Of a stretch of DNA of 49,280 bases, positions 1 to 9,519 are shown in pieces. Source of the DNA: a virus; UHGV virus genome UHGV-0151084. One strand, given 5' to 3'. The translations under genes were made by a program, and so were the position numbers. A model generated the notes under the pieces. It searched no databases. It was not told the DNA's origin and was given only the letters and a program-made list of their open reading frames with translations. Numbering within the stretch: the first letter of the stretch is position 1; every line of letters begins with the position of its first letter.

Positions 1-1391
1 CCTGTCTTTTGCACGGCGTTACCAGCCTTGTTTACCGTTTCCTGTAAACCGAGGTATTCGATAACGGCGGCAACGGTCGATTTCGCAAGAATATCCCGCC
101 CGACTTTTGTCAGAGTTGCCAGGCTGGCGACATCATTCCCCGTAAAATACGGAAACCTGTCTGCCGTAGTAGCAAGCCCGGCCAGCGCCGTCAGGGTGGC
201 ATCTTTCGGTTGCTTACCCGCAAGCGCGTTAGTCATGGTGGTCGCAAAATTCGGGTCGTTGCCCAACGCCGCAGCCAGCTCGTTCAGCGTATTCAGCGCG
301 TCAGGCGACGAGTCCACGAGGGCAGCGATCGCAGCCATAACATAAGCCGTGCTTGCGATCTGAGTATTGTTAGTACCTTTTGGCGCAGTTGGTGTTGTTG
401 GTGTTCCGGTCAGCGCCGGACTGTTCAGGGGCGCTTTCTTGTTCGTTTCATCCATTACCACCTTTACAGCTTTCGATGTCGCGGCCAGTGTTTCAGACGT
501 GCTGTTGGTGGCACTACTGAGCTGAGTTATTCCCCTTACAGTCAGTGAAGCTACAGGCACATTTGTTATCTGCTCCCACGAATGCGTGTGATTGGACGGA
601 GCCTTTCCGGCCGCAAGATCATACGCTGCCTTAACAGCCTTTGGTGTTGCTGCTAGCGTTTCAGACGTGCTGTTGGTGGCACTACTGAGCTGAACAATCC
701 CTTTTCGCGCTGTGGTAGCGTCCTGTGCGGTGTATTTGCCATTAGCCAGGTCATATGCTGCCTTAACAGCCTTAGGCGTCGCAGCAAGCGTTTCAGACGT
801 GCTATTGGTGGCGCTGCTAAGTTGAACAAAACCTTTTGAGGTTAAAGTTGCATCAGGATGATTACGTGATTGCTCATGTTTCACAATGGCTTGCTTAAGC
901 CGTTTTGCTGAAACAGCAAGGGAATCATCTGTACCTGCATCAATTTCTTGTTCATTAGCAAATCTTGCCACCCCAACAACAGTTTCGGTCGCGGGAGGAT
1001 TAATAAACTCAATATCACCAAATGTAATATTTTTAGTATCAAGAGTTTTAATTGCTATATCACTTGATATTAAAGCGATAGTAGATGATGCTTTATTTAT
1101 TATTGCTTGTTCTTGTGAGTATACAGCAAACAACGTACCCTTATTCGTATACAATCCTATTGTATGGACAACATACTCATCTTTACTATCATCCTTCGCT
1201 GTTACATGAATTGTATCAGGGGAAACAACTTTGCCACCTATTGTGGTAAGTCGTTTTATTTCGTTTGTTATATTTGTTTGTGAAGTTGACGTGACATAAT
1301 ATCTACTACCTAAACCAACAGAAACAATCTCAACTTTATTTGTTCCTGTTTTGTTGGCATTAACCAGCTCCTGACGCCCGGCGTCAGTCAT
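1..1391 (-). CDS. Tail fibre protein, constant N-terminal part (P2 gpH / Mu S-like); ATG at 1391, 3' end runs off the window start through a gix-like site
   Basis: Minus-strand translation from 1391 gives a continuous ORF of about 463 codons with three tandem ~33-aa repeats (G[IF]VQLSSATNSTSETLAATPKAVKAAYDLA) typical of phage tail-fibre shafts; sits after baseplate gene I; not in the ORF track because no stop lies inside the window. Confidence 0.8.
   Translation of the reverse strand, partial: MTDAGRQELVNANKTGTNKVEIVSVGLGSRYYVTSTSQTNITNEIKRLTTIGGKVVSPDTIHVTAKDDSKDEYVVHTIGLYTNKGTLFAVYSQEQAIINKASSTIALISSDIAIKTLDTKNITFGDIEFINPPATETVVGVARFANEQEIDAGTDDSLAVSAKRLKQAIVKHEQSRNHPDATLTSKGFVQLSSATNSTSETLAATPKAVKAAYDLANGKYTAQDATTARKGIVQLSSATNSTSETLAATPKAVKAAYDLAAGKAPSNHTHSWEQITNVPVASLTVRGITQLSSATNSTSETLAATSKAVKVVMDETNKKAPLNSPALTGTPTTPTAPKGTNNTQIASTAYVMAAIAALVDSSPDALNTLNELAAALGNDPNFATTMTNALAGKQPKDATLTALAGLATTADRFPYFTGNDVASLATLTKVGRDILAKSTVAAVIEYLGLQETVNKAGNAVQKT
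39..64. other. gix-like recombination site A (TTCCTGTAAACCGAGGTATTCGATAA) inside the 3' end of the tail-fibre constant region
   Basis: 26-bp site resembling Gin/Hin-family crossover sites as I recall them; positions 1-52 are the exact reverse complement of 46165-46216. Confidence 0.6.
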
Positions 1392-1442
1392 CGTAAATAA
1401 TAATTTACTCACGCTTAATTCCTTGAATTAACAAATTGCGAA

Positions 1443-2024
1443 TTAGCACTCGCCAATTAATCGTACATAAGACACAGGCTGACAAGCACCAACAATACCG
1501 ACACCACCAGAAACATTGGCTGCTTGCGAAAATGTAAATAATGTTCTTGCCGACTTTGCGCTCTTGATACTTCTTAACGTATCTTCCAACATCTCTTTCG
1601 AAGGAACGGCACCATCAAAAGAGTTAATCGAAGCAACAATTGAGGCTGTATATGGTTCGCCAGGTGGTGATGTTTCAAACCATTCTGTTATGTTTACCTC
1701 TCCACCCAAGCTATTTACTACATCTTCAACCGCTGCCCTTGTACCCTTTATTCGCTTTGTTCGTATTATTGATTTAAAAACAGAACGCTTTAACGATACA
1801 GGCCAACTATCCCTCCATGTATCAGCATTCCATTGCCAAGCTAAATGATCGAGAACAACTGAGTCCAGGTTATCAACAACGCTATATATTTCTGTCTTAT
1901 ATATTAAATTGTTAATTGCTTGTAGTTCATCATCAATAGCTTTCGACATAGCTATCACGTTGGGATCTCTAGCTAAGTTAGGAGGTAAAACATCCAACAA
2001 GCTAACATTAAAGATATCAGCCAT
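1443..2024 (-). CDS. Baseplate assembly protein, P2 gpI-like
   Basis: 193 aa; motifs WRDSWPVSLKR and VNITEWFETSPPG resemble gpI-family tail proteins; position between J-like gene and tail fibre. Confidence 0.65.
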   Translation of the reverse strand: MADIFNVSLLDVLPPNLARDPNVIAMSKAIDDELQAINNLIYKTEIYSVVDNLDSVVLDHLAWQWNADTWRDSWPVSLKRSVFKSIIRTKRIKGTRAAVEDVVNSLGGEVNITEWFETSPPGEPYTASIVASINSFDGAVPSKEMLEDTLRSIKSAKSARTLFTFSQAANVSGGVGIVGACQPVSYVRLIGEC

Positions 2025-3141
2025 CCTCTAACCCCGCATACTGGCAATTTATATTTCTCTCTCTGGCGACCTGCGTCTCTCCAACTACAGTAAATACAGG
2101 ACTTGATATTTCTAATCTTTTAGCCCCGGCATTTTTTAAACGTTGAATAATTTCATCTGGATTTATATCTCTTCCCATAACCGAACGTTGCCATTGTTTA
2201 TACTCATCAAGAGCTTTCTCAACCTCACTTTGAATTAACGTTGTTCTGTTTTTGTCCGATGAGTTAATCCAGTATTTAATTATTATATCGTATTCAATGC
2301 TCTCTGGTTTCTTAACAAGAACTTTATCTGTGAATGGTCGAATATTAGTTGCAGAGAGAACGCTATTTATCTGCTCTAATAGTTCATCAGAAGGTATATC
2401 CCCGTTCTCTAACAAAGAACGGATTTCTACAGTTCCGGGCGATGGTGTATATACATTCACATCTTTTATATTCTGATTGGCTGTTCTTGTCCAATATTTA
2501 TAAGAATCCTCCGGCCCTGCTGTAGACAGTTTTTCCGGCGACAGTTTTATTCTTTCAGCATAATTATCATCTGACTCTGTATCAGCACCAGAATTAGATG
2601 TTGTTAGATTCCTTACGCTGGAAACATACGGCAACGGAGTCACCAACTCGTTTATTTGCCCAGGTAAAAATCCATTCCCCGATAAGCCAGGTATAACAGC
2701 ATATCCTGAGACTATACCAACTGTTTTCCCAGCTGGTATTTCCAACAAAACATCTGTTTGGAAAATAACACTATTTCCAGTTGAAATTTGAGTGCCAGCA
2801 GGTATTGTATATATCCCCGATAATTTTGTTGACAGATTAAACTCAAATGTAGTCAAGGCAGATTGAGCTTCCAGCCTAGGCGTATCCGTCAGATAGCCTA
2901 TATGGTCGAGATATTCACCCCCACCATATGTAAGAAGGTTTTGTTTTGCAGAAAAATCGATAGCTTTTCTTTGCTGTATAATAATCTCACACAATGACAA
3001 GATGAATAATCTACGTGGATCAGCAGGTGCTAATGTTTCACCTGTTATACTCTCAAAAGCCCTGATTGAACGAGTTGTTATATCAGTCGGGTTAGAATCT
3101 GCGAAAGTAATATCTGGCAAACCACCGCGCGGCAACGTCAT
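2017..3141 (-). CDS. Baseplate wedge protein, gpJ-like
   Basis: 374 aa ORF in conserved V-W-J-I-H order of contractile-tail phages. Confidence 0.7.
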   Translation of the reverse strand: MTLPRGGLPDITFADSNPTDITTRSIRAFESITGETLAPADPRRLFILSLCEIIIQQRKAIDFSAKQNLLTYGGGEYLDHIGYLTDTPRLEAQSALTTFEFNLSTKLSGIYTIPAGTQISTGNSVIFQTDVLLEIPAGKTVGIVSGYAVIPGLSGNGFLPGQINELVTPLPYVSSVRNLTTSNSGADTESDDNYAERIKLSPEKLSTAGPEDSYKYWTRTANQNIKDVNVYTPSPGTVEIRSLLENGDIPSDELLEQINSVLSATNIRPFTDKVLVKKPESIEYDIIIKYWINSSDKNRTTLIQSEVEKALDEYKQWQRSVMGRDINPDEIIQRLKNAGAKRLEISSPVFTVVGETQVARERNINCQYAGLEDG

Positions 3142-3458
3142 TCTCTAACTCCTATCACAAGTTTTGGCCTAATAAAACCATCAGAAACGTCCGTTCTTTC
3201 AAAAGTAACAGAATGGATAATCGCTCTAGGCTCAAACTCACTAATTTTTTGAATTATTTCTCGTGTTGCTGTAGCAATAAAAATTGGGCTAGGGCTATCA
3301 ACAAGACTTGAATTAACTCCTAATTTTCTGGCATATGGTACAGTGCCAATCTGAGTATTAATAATAGTAGAGACATTTTGCAATACTTCTTCTACAACTG
3401 TTTTGGGCGACCAATCAATCGAGTAAGAAGGTGATGATATGGTAAACGTATTATTCAT
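3138..3458 (-). CDS. Baseplate protein, gpW/gp25-like
   Basis: 106 aa, overlapping start/stop with J-like gene, position upstream of J. Confidence 0.6.
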   Translation of the reverse strand: MNNTFTISSPSYSIDWSPKTVVEEVLQNVSTIINTQIGTVPYARKLGVNSSLVDSPSPIFIATATREIIQKISEFEPRAIIHSVTFERTDVSDGFIRPKLVIGVRE

Positions 3459-3922
3459 AATAATTTACCTAACGCACTTCTAGTTTTTGACTCTATATTG
3501 CCAGCAATATCAACTAATGCTTCTTTCAGAGAGGTCTGTCCGACTTCCTGTAATTTAATGCCGACGATAATCACTCGTGGATTCCCAGTTGGACCGAAAT
3601 AAGTCCATGATTCCTCTATATCTGTAATTATAAAATTACCAAAATACTGAATACCAATTACAACAGGATTTACTTCCTGAATTGATTGCATTGTCCTAAG
3701 TAATGAAAGCGCAGCCAATGGAACAATGCCAAGTGTTGTATCCAACCGCATATTAAAACTAACTTCATCCAGATCTGGACCTATATCCTCCAGAACAGGT
3801 TTAAGCCCAATAACATCATGGCGCGCTACACGACGCTTTGACGTCCTTTTAAAATTGTTGAACGTATTCACCACTATTGATGAGGCAACAAAAGGCATTG
3901 TACCAAGCATACCCACAATCAT
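3455..3922 (-). CDS. Putative baseplate/tail protein
   Basis: 155 aa ORF translationally coupled between V-like and W-like genes; no recognisable motif. Confidence 0.35.
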   Translation of the reverse strand: MIVGMLGTMPFVASSIVVNTFNNFKRTSKRRVARHDVIGLKPVLEDIGPDLDEVSFNMRLDTTLGIVPLAALSLLRTMQSIQEVNPVVIGIQYFGNFIITDIEESWTYFGPTGNPRVIIVGIKLQEVGQTSLKEALVDIAGNIESKTRSALGKLL

Positions 3923-4539
3923 GCCTGAGCCTCCGTTGTCGGAGCGTATTCCCCCTGAGCCGTGTGATGGTGGCCTTTAGATTTAATCCCATCAACATCT
4001 ATATCACCACCAACAACCTTAACATCCCCAGAAATTGTAGCTGCAACACCTCCAGCAGAAGATCCTTTCATTCCACCTTTGAAGGTTAGTAATCCTTCAA
4101 CTGTAGCATTTCCGGTAATGATGGTTTCTGGAGCATCAATAGTTACGGTTCCTGTAGCCTTAACGGTTACATCTCCGACAGCATCAACAAGGAGTAAATT
4201 AGATTCTCTGTCTACCTCAATACGAGTTCCGTTATTAAATCTAATGACGCGTTTATTAACAGTATTAGATGGCGGCTTCTGTGTTTCATCATAAAAACTA
4301 CCAAGAATAAAACCTTGTTGCGGCCCTGCGGGATGAAAGATACACAAAACTTGCTCACCAATATCTGGCATCCAGTAATCAGCATTCTTATCCGTATTTT
4401 TCACAATAACTGATAACTTTGCCGAAGTGACGTTATCCTGATCATCGAAAGTAACTCTTGCTGTAACATCACCATCATCAATATCAGAAACAACGCCAAC
4501 TCTTATAGTCTGACGTAATAATGTTTCTAAATCATTCAT
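3919..4539 (-). CDS. Baseplate spike protein, gpV-like
   Basis: 206 aa; glycine-rich beta-rich C-terminus (VKATGTVTIDAPETIITGNATVEG) as in gpV-family spikes. Confidence 0.65.
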   Translation of the reverse strand: MNDLETLLRQTIRVGVVSDIDDGDVTARVTFDDQDNVTSAKLSVIVKNTDKNADYWMPDIGEQVLCIFHPAGPQQGFILGSFYDETQKPPSNTVNKRVIRFNNGTRIEVDRESNLLLVDAVGDVTVKATGTVTIDAPETIITGNATVEGLLTFKGGMKGSSAGGVAATISGDVKVVGGDIDVDGIKSKGHHHTAQGEYAPTTEAQA

Positions 4540-4541
4540 AA

Positions 4542-5543
4542 TTAATACCCATTAATTACTCTTCGGACATCAATCGAGGTGGTATAACCACTAGCCCCAA
4601 TTGAATGCACAGCTTTCGATATAAGATATTTTCCAGAAAATGAACCGAATCCGTCCAGATTTATAGTTACACCAGCTACCAATCTGGTGTCTCCAACCAA
4701 TACTAAAGATCCTGTATTTTGATATCTATTTTTAAGCCGCAAAGCAGCCTTTGCCTTACGTTTTGCTTCATCTAAATTAGCTACCAGTTTTCTTATCTTA
4801 AGATTCGACCCTTCTTCTACGGATGGATCTACCCAAGTATACGAAAGCGACTTTCTTTTTTTAGGTACGCGATATTTGCACGTGCAACTTTTATACAAAT
4901 CTGTAGATTGTGTGCTAAAGCTATATCTGATTATCTCATCAATACCTAACGTAAGCGTAGCGATAGGATCTTTTTGCTCAAACATCTCTTGAGCAAATAT
5001 TATTAATTGGCTATCAGTGACCTTTAACGACAACCCTTCATCCTGGCATAGTCGATGGAGAAATTTTAAATCGCTTTCCTCCATTTGATCTTCACGCGCA
5101 TAATATGGATTACTATCACCATCAATAAGAAACAACAGTTCAAGGTTAGCTAATTTAGCTATAGAGGTTGCTATATCTTTAAGAGTTGTTTTTTCCCATG
5201 CATTACTTTTTAAATCACGTCTAATGCCTGATGAAACAGGAACAGAAACAGCAGTCACCTCAACAACAGAAGGTGGTCCAGAGCAAGTTATGCCATCTAC
5301 CTGGAATTTCCCGCACTCAAGGACGATTTGATTTATAGGCTTAAAGCTCAAATCAATAAAATCACCCTTTTTAGGTGTCCAGTCTCCAGACCATTTCCCA
5401 TCATCATTTTTTAATATAATAGAAATATCATCGACCTGACCATCTTCATTATCTGTATAAGACATTGACAAAACATCAGGTGACATATGAGCGGTAATAT
5501 TTACATTCTGATATATAACATCAAAAAGCGTTTTACGTAACAC
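4542..5543 (-). CDS. Tail protein, gpD-like
   Basis: 333 aa ORF immediately downstream of tape measure and X-like genes, as in P2/Mu-like tail modules. Confidence 0.55.
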   Translation of the reverse strand: MLRKTLFDVIYQNVNITAHMSPDVLSMSYTDNEDGQVDDISIILKNDDGKWSGDWTPKKGDFIDLSFKPINQIVLECGKFQVDGITCSGPPSVVEVTAVSVPVSSGIRRDLKSNAWEKTTLKDIATSIAKLANLELLFLIDGDSNPYYAREDQMEESDLKFLHRLCQDEGLSLKVTDSQLIIFAQEMFEQKDPIATLTLGIDEIIRYSFSTQSTDLYKSCTCKYRVPKKRKSLSYTWVDPSVEEGSNLKIRKLVANLDEAKRKAKAALRLKNRYQNTGSLVLVGDTRLVAGVTINLDGFGSFSGKYLISKAVHSIGASGYTTSIDVRRVINGY

Positions 5544-5751
5544 TATTGCGTCTCCACGGAGGCAAATTGTTTACTGATATTGGCATAACCGGAGCATCAG
5601 GAACTTTAAGAATAATTCCCGCAGAAAAAAGCACCGTAAAGCGGTGCTCAGTATTAGCATCAATAAGAAGATAAGACAGGTACTCATTACCATACAACTT
5701 TAACGCGATACTATCCCATGAGTCCCCTTGAACCGTTCTATAATCATCCAA
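5533..5751 (-). CDS. Tail protein X-like (LysM-like)
   Basis: 72 aa; N-terminal YRTVQGDSWDSIALKLYG resembles LysM-type tail protein X. Confidence 0.55.
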   Translation of the reverse strand: MDDYRTVQGDSWDSIALKLYGNEYLSYLLIDANTEHRFTVLFSAGIILKVPDAPVMPISVNNLPPWRRNSVT

Positions 5752-8536
5752 AACTTAATCTCCGTTGTTGGAACATATGAGCACTCAATTTCTTCTCAAA
5801 ATCAGAATATCCCGCATCTAATGCTCTTTTAGCTGCCGCCTCAGTTTCCTTTGGTGAACCAGCCGGAAGATTGATTACAGGTGAATAGGTTATTCCACCA
5901 GTCACAGCATTAACGTTCTGGCGAGGTCCAGAAGTCCCGGCGGCAGATATCCCGTGAGGTGATAAATTTGATTGCCCGAACTTGGTTGCTATTGCATTCT
6001 GTAAGCTGTTATTCCTGCTAACACCTGATGCCAGAGTAGTCATTATTGCACCACCTGACTTTGTTAGCTGTGAGAATGGACCTTTTTTCGCGTCAGAGAA
6101 CGGTAAATACTCACGTACAGAAGAAAAAACGCCTTTCACTTCATTAATTAAAGCATTTGCTTTTGATTTTATCCCAGTGATTAACGTCTCAATTATTTTT
6201 GCGCCTGACTCACTCCAGTTTATTCCAGACAAATAAGCCGTTACAGATTGGAATGCTCTTATAAAGAGTCCAACTGGTGAAAAACGCATAAAAACAGATA
6301 CCAGTGTATCTATGATTTTCTTTCCTGTTTCGCTCCAGTTAATACCAGAAAGGTAATTTGTTGTAAGTTTAAATGCTTTAATTAAGAACGGAAGCGGAGA
6401 CATCCATTTAAAAGCACTAATTAATGTACTGTAAATTCTTACTCCTGCCGAACTCCAGTTTATGTTGGAAAGATAATCCCATGCTTTACCAAACATAGAT
6501 ATAATCCATCCATTGAGATCAAAGTTTAAGATAAAGTTTTTTATAGCTTCAAACGATTTAACTGTATATTCCTTAACAGAAGGCCAAACTCTGACAGCAT
6601 AATCTCTGATCTTATCCCAGTTCTGATAGAGCAATATTCCTGCGGCAACCAGCGCAGATATAGCCATCTGAATCCACCCGAAGGGTGTTAGCTTTGTCGC
6701 TACAGATAAAGCCAGCATAGCTACCCTACACGCTATAACCACACTTTTCATGGTTAGAAACGCACCTGCCGCCATCACAATCTGAGACACAAAATTGGGG
6801 TTGTTAGCTACAAATTCACTAATTTTTGTAATCAGCGGAACCAAAACACTAAGCGCGGCATTCAAAGCAGGTTGCAAGGCCTGACCAAAACTTAATGATG
6901 CATTGCTAGCCTGAATACGTAATTGTTTCAATCGCTCCGCATTGTCTTTCGTTATGTTGGCAAAATCGCGGTCAATAACAGCACTTCCAGCACCAAGAGA
7001 TGTTGCTTTGATTCTCTGGTATTCCTTCCAGTTTTGAATCATCGGACGAACAAAGTTCTGAACCTGCATATCGCCAAATAGCTCACCAAGTAACTTCTGA
7101 TCTCCGTTCTTAGTCATTTTCATGACAGAATGCATTGCAGCTTCGAATGGATTCTTCCCTTTTTTCTGCGCTGTTGTGACAATTTTATATAAATCTACAC
7201 CGAAATTTTTCTTTGCTTTTTTTAGGGTTTCAGGGGAAAGTATTTTCGCCAAAAAGTTGTTCATATTATTAGCAGCCTCATCCGAAGTTGCAGCACCTTT
7301 GCGAGCTATCTGCAAAGCTGCCCCCATCGTCGCGGCGGCTTCTTTACCTCCCATTTTTAATGCCTGGAACTGAGCACCAAGCACAGGAAGATTTTTGGCC
7401 ATATCTTTAAATTCAAAGTTTCCCTCTTTCCCTGCCTGAACCAGAATCCCCATTGCAGACTTCATTTGAGATGGATCAATCTTCAATGAGTCACTTAATG
7501 TAAATGATGCTTTCGAGACATCGAGGATATCAGAGCCAGTAGCTGTAGCTGTTCGCCCAATAGTTAGTAGATTCGCCTGAGCCTCTTTATAATCCTGCCC
7601 AGCAGCGACGAGAAAACCCTGAGCGGCCTGAATATCAGATGCAAACTGGTTGGTGGCCGTTCCGGTAACAAGCATCGCCTGCCCCATCGCCTGAACTTCT
7701 TCCGGCTTCATATCTGCCGTAAGACCAATCATTTTGTTTTCACGATTGAAATTTGCTGCATTGTTAGCAGCAGCAAATGCACCAGCCGCTACAGCACCAG
7801 TTTGTAATCCTGACCTTACAAGTTGACTCTTTGCCTCACCAAGATGCTCTCGCTTCAATTCACGCTGCCTTTCCAACGCGCGGTTTAACTCCTCCTGAGC
7901 ACGTTTTACTGCAAGAACATTTTTCCGTGCTTCAGCCAACGCATTTTTATAGCTGTTAATTTTATCAATACGTTGTTTTTCTAATGCCCGGTTAAGTTCC
8001 TCCTGCTGTTTTTTCACTTGCTGAACATTTGCTCTGGCTAAAGCCAAAGCCGTTCTGTAGCGGTTAACCTGCTCAACGCTACGGACCTGAGCCTCACGAT
8101 TACGATCAATGCTGGCTTTAAGCTCTTTCTCTCTTGAGGCCAAAGCTCTGGCAGATGTATCAGCTCCCTGATAGGCAGACTTTAAAGCGGCCAGTTCTTC
8201 ACGCTGAGAACGTAGTGATGCTCGTAAATTCGATGAATGTGTTTTTGCCTTCTCAAAGTCACGAAGCATCGCTCTGGTTGGATTGGCCGTGTTTTTTATT
8301 TGCTTCTGTAACTCTTCAACGCGAGCGGCAGCTTTATGATATTCGAGGGCAGTCTGTCCAACCTTTACTTTTACAGATTGTAGCTTTTGAATTTCCCCAT
8401 GTTCTTTCGTTAATCCAGCAAGCTCGGCATTTAATTTAGCAACAGCCTGATTAGCTGTAGTAAAACTTTTGGGGAGAGAGGCGGCAACTTTGCCGCCAAT
8501 TTCAAAAGCCAGCTTAAAGTTCTTATTGCTGGCCAT
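5744..8536 (-). CDS. Tail tape measure protein
   Basis: 930 aa; long coiled-coil N-terminal half (repeated QEELNRALE-type heptads), hydrophobic segments, repeated SGINWSE motifs; follows chaperone frameshift pair. Confidence 0.85.
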   Translation of the reverse strand: MASNKNFKLAFEIGGKVAASLPKSFTTANQAVAKLNAELAGLTKEHGEIQKLQSVKVKVGQTALEYHKAAARVEELQKQIKNTANPTRAMLRDFEKAKTHSSNLRASLRSQREELAALKSAYQGADTSARALASREKELKASIDRNREAQVRSVEQVNRYRTALALARANVQQVKKQQEELNRALEKQRIDKINSYKNALAEARKNVLAVKRAQEELNRALERQRELKREHLGEAKSQLVRSGLQTGAVAAGAFAAANNAANFNRENKMIGLTADMKPEEVQAMGQAMLVTGTATNQFASDIQAAQGFLVAAGQDYKEAQANLLTIGRTATATGSDILDVSKASFTLSDSLKIDPSQMKSAMGILVQAGKEGNFEFKDMAKNLPVLGAQFQALKMGGKEAAATMGAALQIARKGAATSDEAANNMNNFLAKILSPETLKKAKKNFGVDLYKIVTTAQKKGKNPFEAAMHSVMKMTKNGDQKLLGELFGDMQVQNFVRPMIQNWKEYQRIKATSLGAGSAVIDRDFANITKDNAERLKQLRIQASNASLSFGQALQPALNAALSVLVPLITKISEFVANNPNFVSQIVMAAGAFLTMKSVVIACRVAMLALSVATKLTPFGWIQMAISALVAAGILLYQNWDKIRDYAVRVWPSVKEYTVKSFEAIKNFILNFDLNGWIISMFGKAWDYLSNINWSSAGVRIYSTLISAFKWMSPLPFLIKAFKLTTNYLSGINWSETGKKIIDTLVSVFMRFSPVGLFIRAFQSVTAYLSGINWSESGAKIIETLITGIKSKANALINEVKGVFSSVREYLPFSDAKKGPFSQLTKSGGAIMTTLASGVSRNNSLQNAIATKFGQSNLSPHGISAAGTSGPRQNVNAVTGGITYSPVINLPAGSPKETEAAAKRALDAGYSDFEKKLSAHMFQQRRLSFG

Positions 8537-8541
8537 TAGTA

Positions 8542-8972
8542 TTAATCCTCATTAAACACATCAATCCATGCGACGATTCGCCTCAACCGAAGCGAAAGCC
8601 AGTAGGATATAGGTGTTGATTGAGATGATTGAGATAGAGAACTCGCGGCCCTCATTATTTGCTTATCAATAGGTTTTTGCTCATCAAAACCTACGAGAGC
8701 AAAAAATTCTGTACCTTTTGACAAACTTTAACAAAGTCTTTCGCTGGCAATCCATTCAGATACTCTATTGGACGGCCAATACAGCGAGCAGCCAAGGCTG
8801 CATGGACTTTATTATCAAGTGATGTTTGAACTGAAACATGCCCTTGAGATTGCAGTAAGTCCGATACCTCTAAAATATCACTGCCTTTTAGGTTGTCTAA
8901 ATCAAGGTTGAGTTCAGTCACCGGCTCAAAGTCTTCAAAACGATATTCTTTACTTAATTTAACGGTTTCCAT
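8542..8972 (-). CDS. Tail assembly chaperone E+E' fusion via programmed -1 frameshift
   Basis: Slippery site T_TTT_TTG (plus coords 8700-8706) in frame of the E-like ORF; the -1 frame continues open to 8542 (track ORF 8542..8724). Confidence 0.55.
8691..8972 (-). CDS. Tail assembly chaperone, gpE-like
   Basis: 93 aa ORF directly upstream of tape measure; ends 2 codons after a TTTTTTG slippery heptamer. Confidence 0.65.
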   Translation of the reverse strand: METVKLSKEYRFEDFEPVTELNLDLDNLKGSDILEVSDLLQSQGHVSVQTSLDNKVHAALAARCIGRPIEYLNGLPAKDFVKVCQKVQNFLLS

Positions 8973-8981
8973 TTTGTCACC

Positions 8982-9503
8982 TTATAAACCTAAATCATCA
9001 CGAACGCTTTTTAATATATCTTCACCATCAAAGATACAAATAAAGTTCAACTTATCAATTTCCAAGACTTCTTTTCCATCAATAAATAATTTGATATAGA
9101 GAACTTCAAATTCATTCTCTGAATCAGTAGCCTTTGCCACCTGTAGCGAACCTAAATCCAGTTTTTTAGGGTTTAGCTTCATTGAAGCCCGAATAGGAAC
9201 CGTTTTATATTTTCCTGTTCCTGCATCATAAACCTGCTGGCTACCGCGAAAATCTACCTGATGCGATGAGGATAGAAATAATTTTGTACCAGCAGAGGTC
9301 AGAGTTCGCCATTTAAGAGAGACAGTCATTGGTTTGAAATGCCCCAGCGTTCCGCTCTCAAGCTCTCCAGCGATACCTGCACCACTAACAGTTTCTGTCA
9401 TCATCTCAATTGATGGCAGCTTTGCGTCAGCAACACCGATAATACGGTTTCCCTCACCGTATACTGTAAAGTTAATAAGTCTCTCAGGAATTTGATTGCT
9501 CAA
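8982..9503 (-). CDS. Tail tube protein (FII-like)
   Basis: 173 aa ORF between sheath and chaperone genes; size and position match contractile-tail tube proteins. Confidence 0.7.
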   Translation of the reverse strand: MSNQIPERLINFTVYGEGNRIIGVADAKLPSIEMMTETVSGAGIAGELESGTLGHFKPMTVSLKWRTLTSAGTKLFLSSSHQVDFRGSQQVYDAGTGKYKTVPIRASMKLNPKKLDLGSLQVAKATDSENEFEVLYIKLFIDGKEVLEIDKLNFICIFDGEDILKSVRDDLGL

Positions 9504-9519
9504 AGCAACCTCCTATTAT

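Noticed and set aside
28-1209. Plus-strand track ORFs 28..345, 210..548 and 886..1209
   Set aside because: They lie antisense to the repeat-containing tail-fibre constant gene on the minus strand (ATG 1391), which has coherent tail-fibre repeats; the plus-strand ORFs are by-products of the repetitive sequence.
5982-8439. Several 60-100 aa ORFs on the plus strand inside the tape measure gene and similar antisense ORFs inside capsid, portal and terminase genes
   Set aside because: Fully embedded antisense to long, well-supported structural genes, with no RBS.
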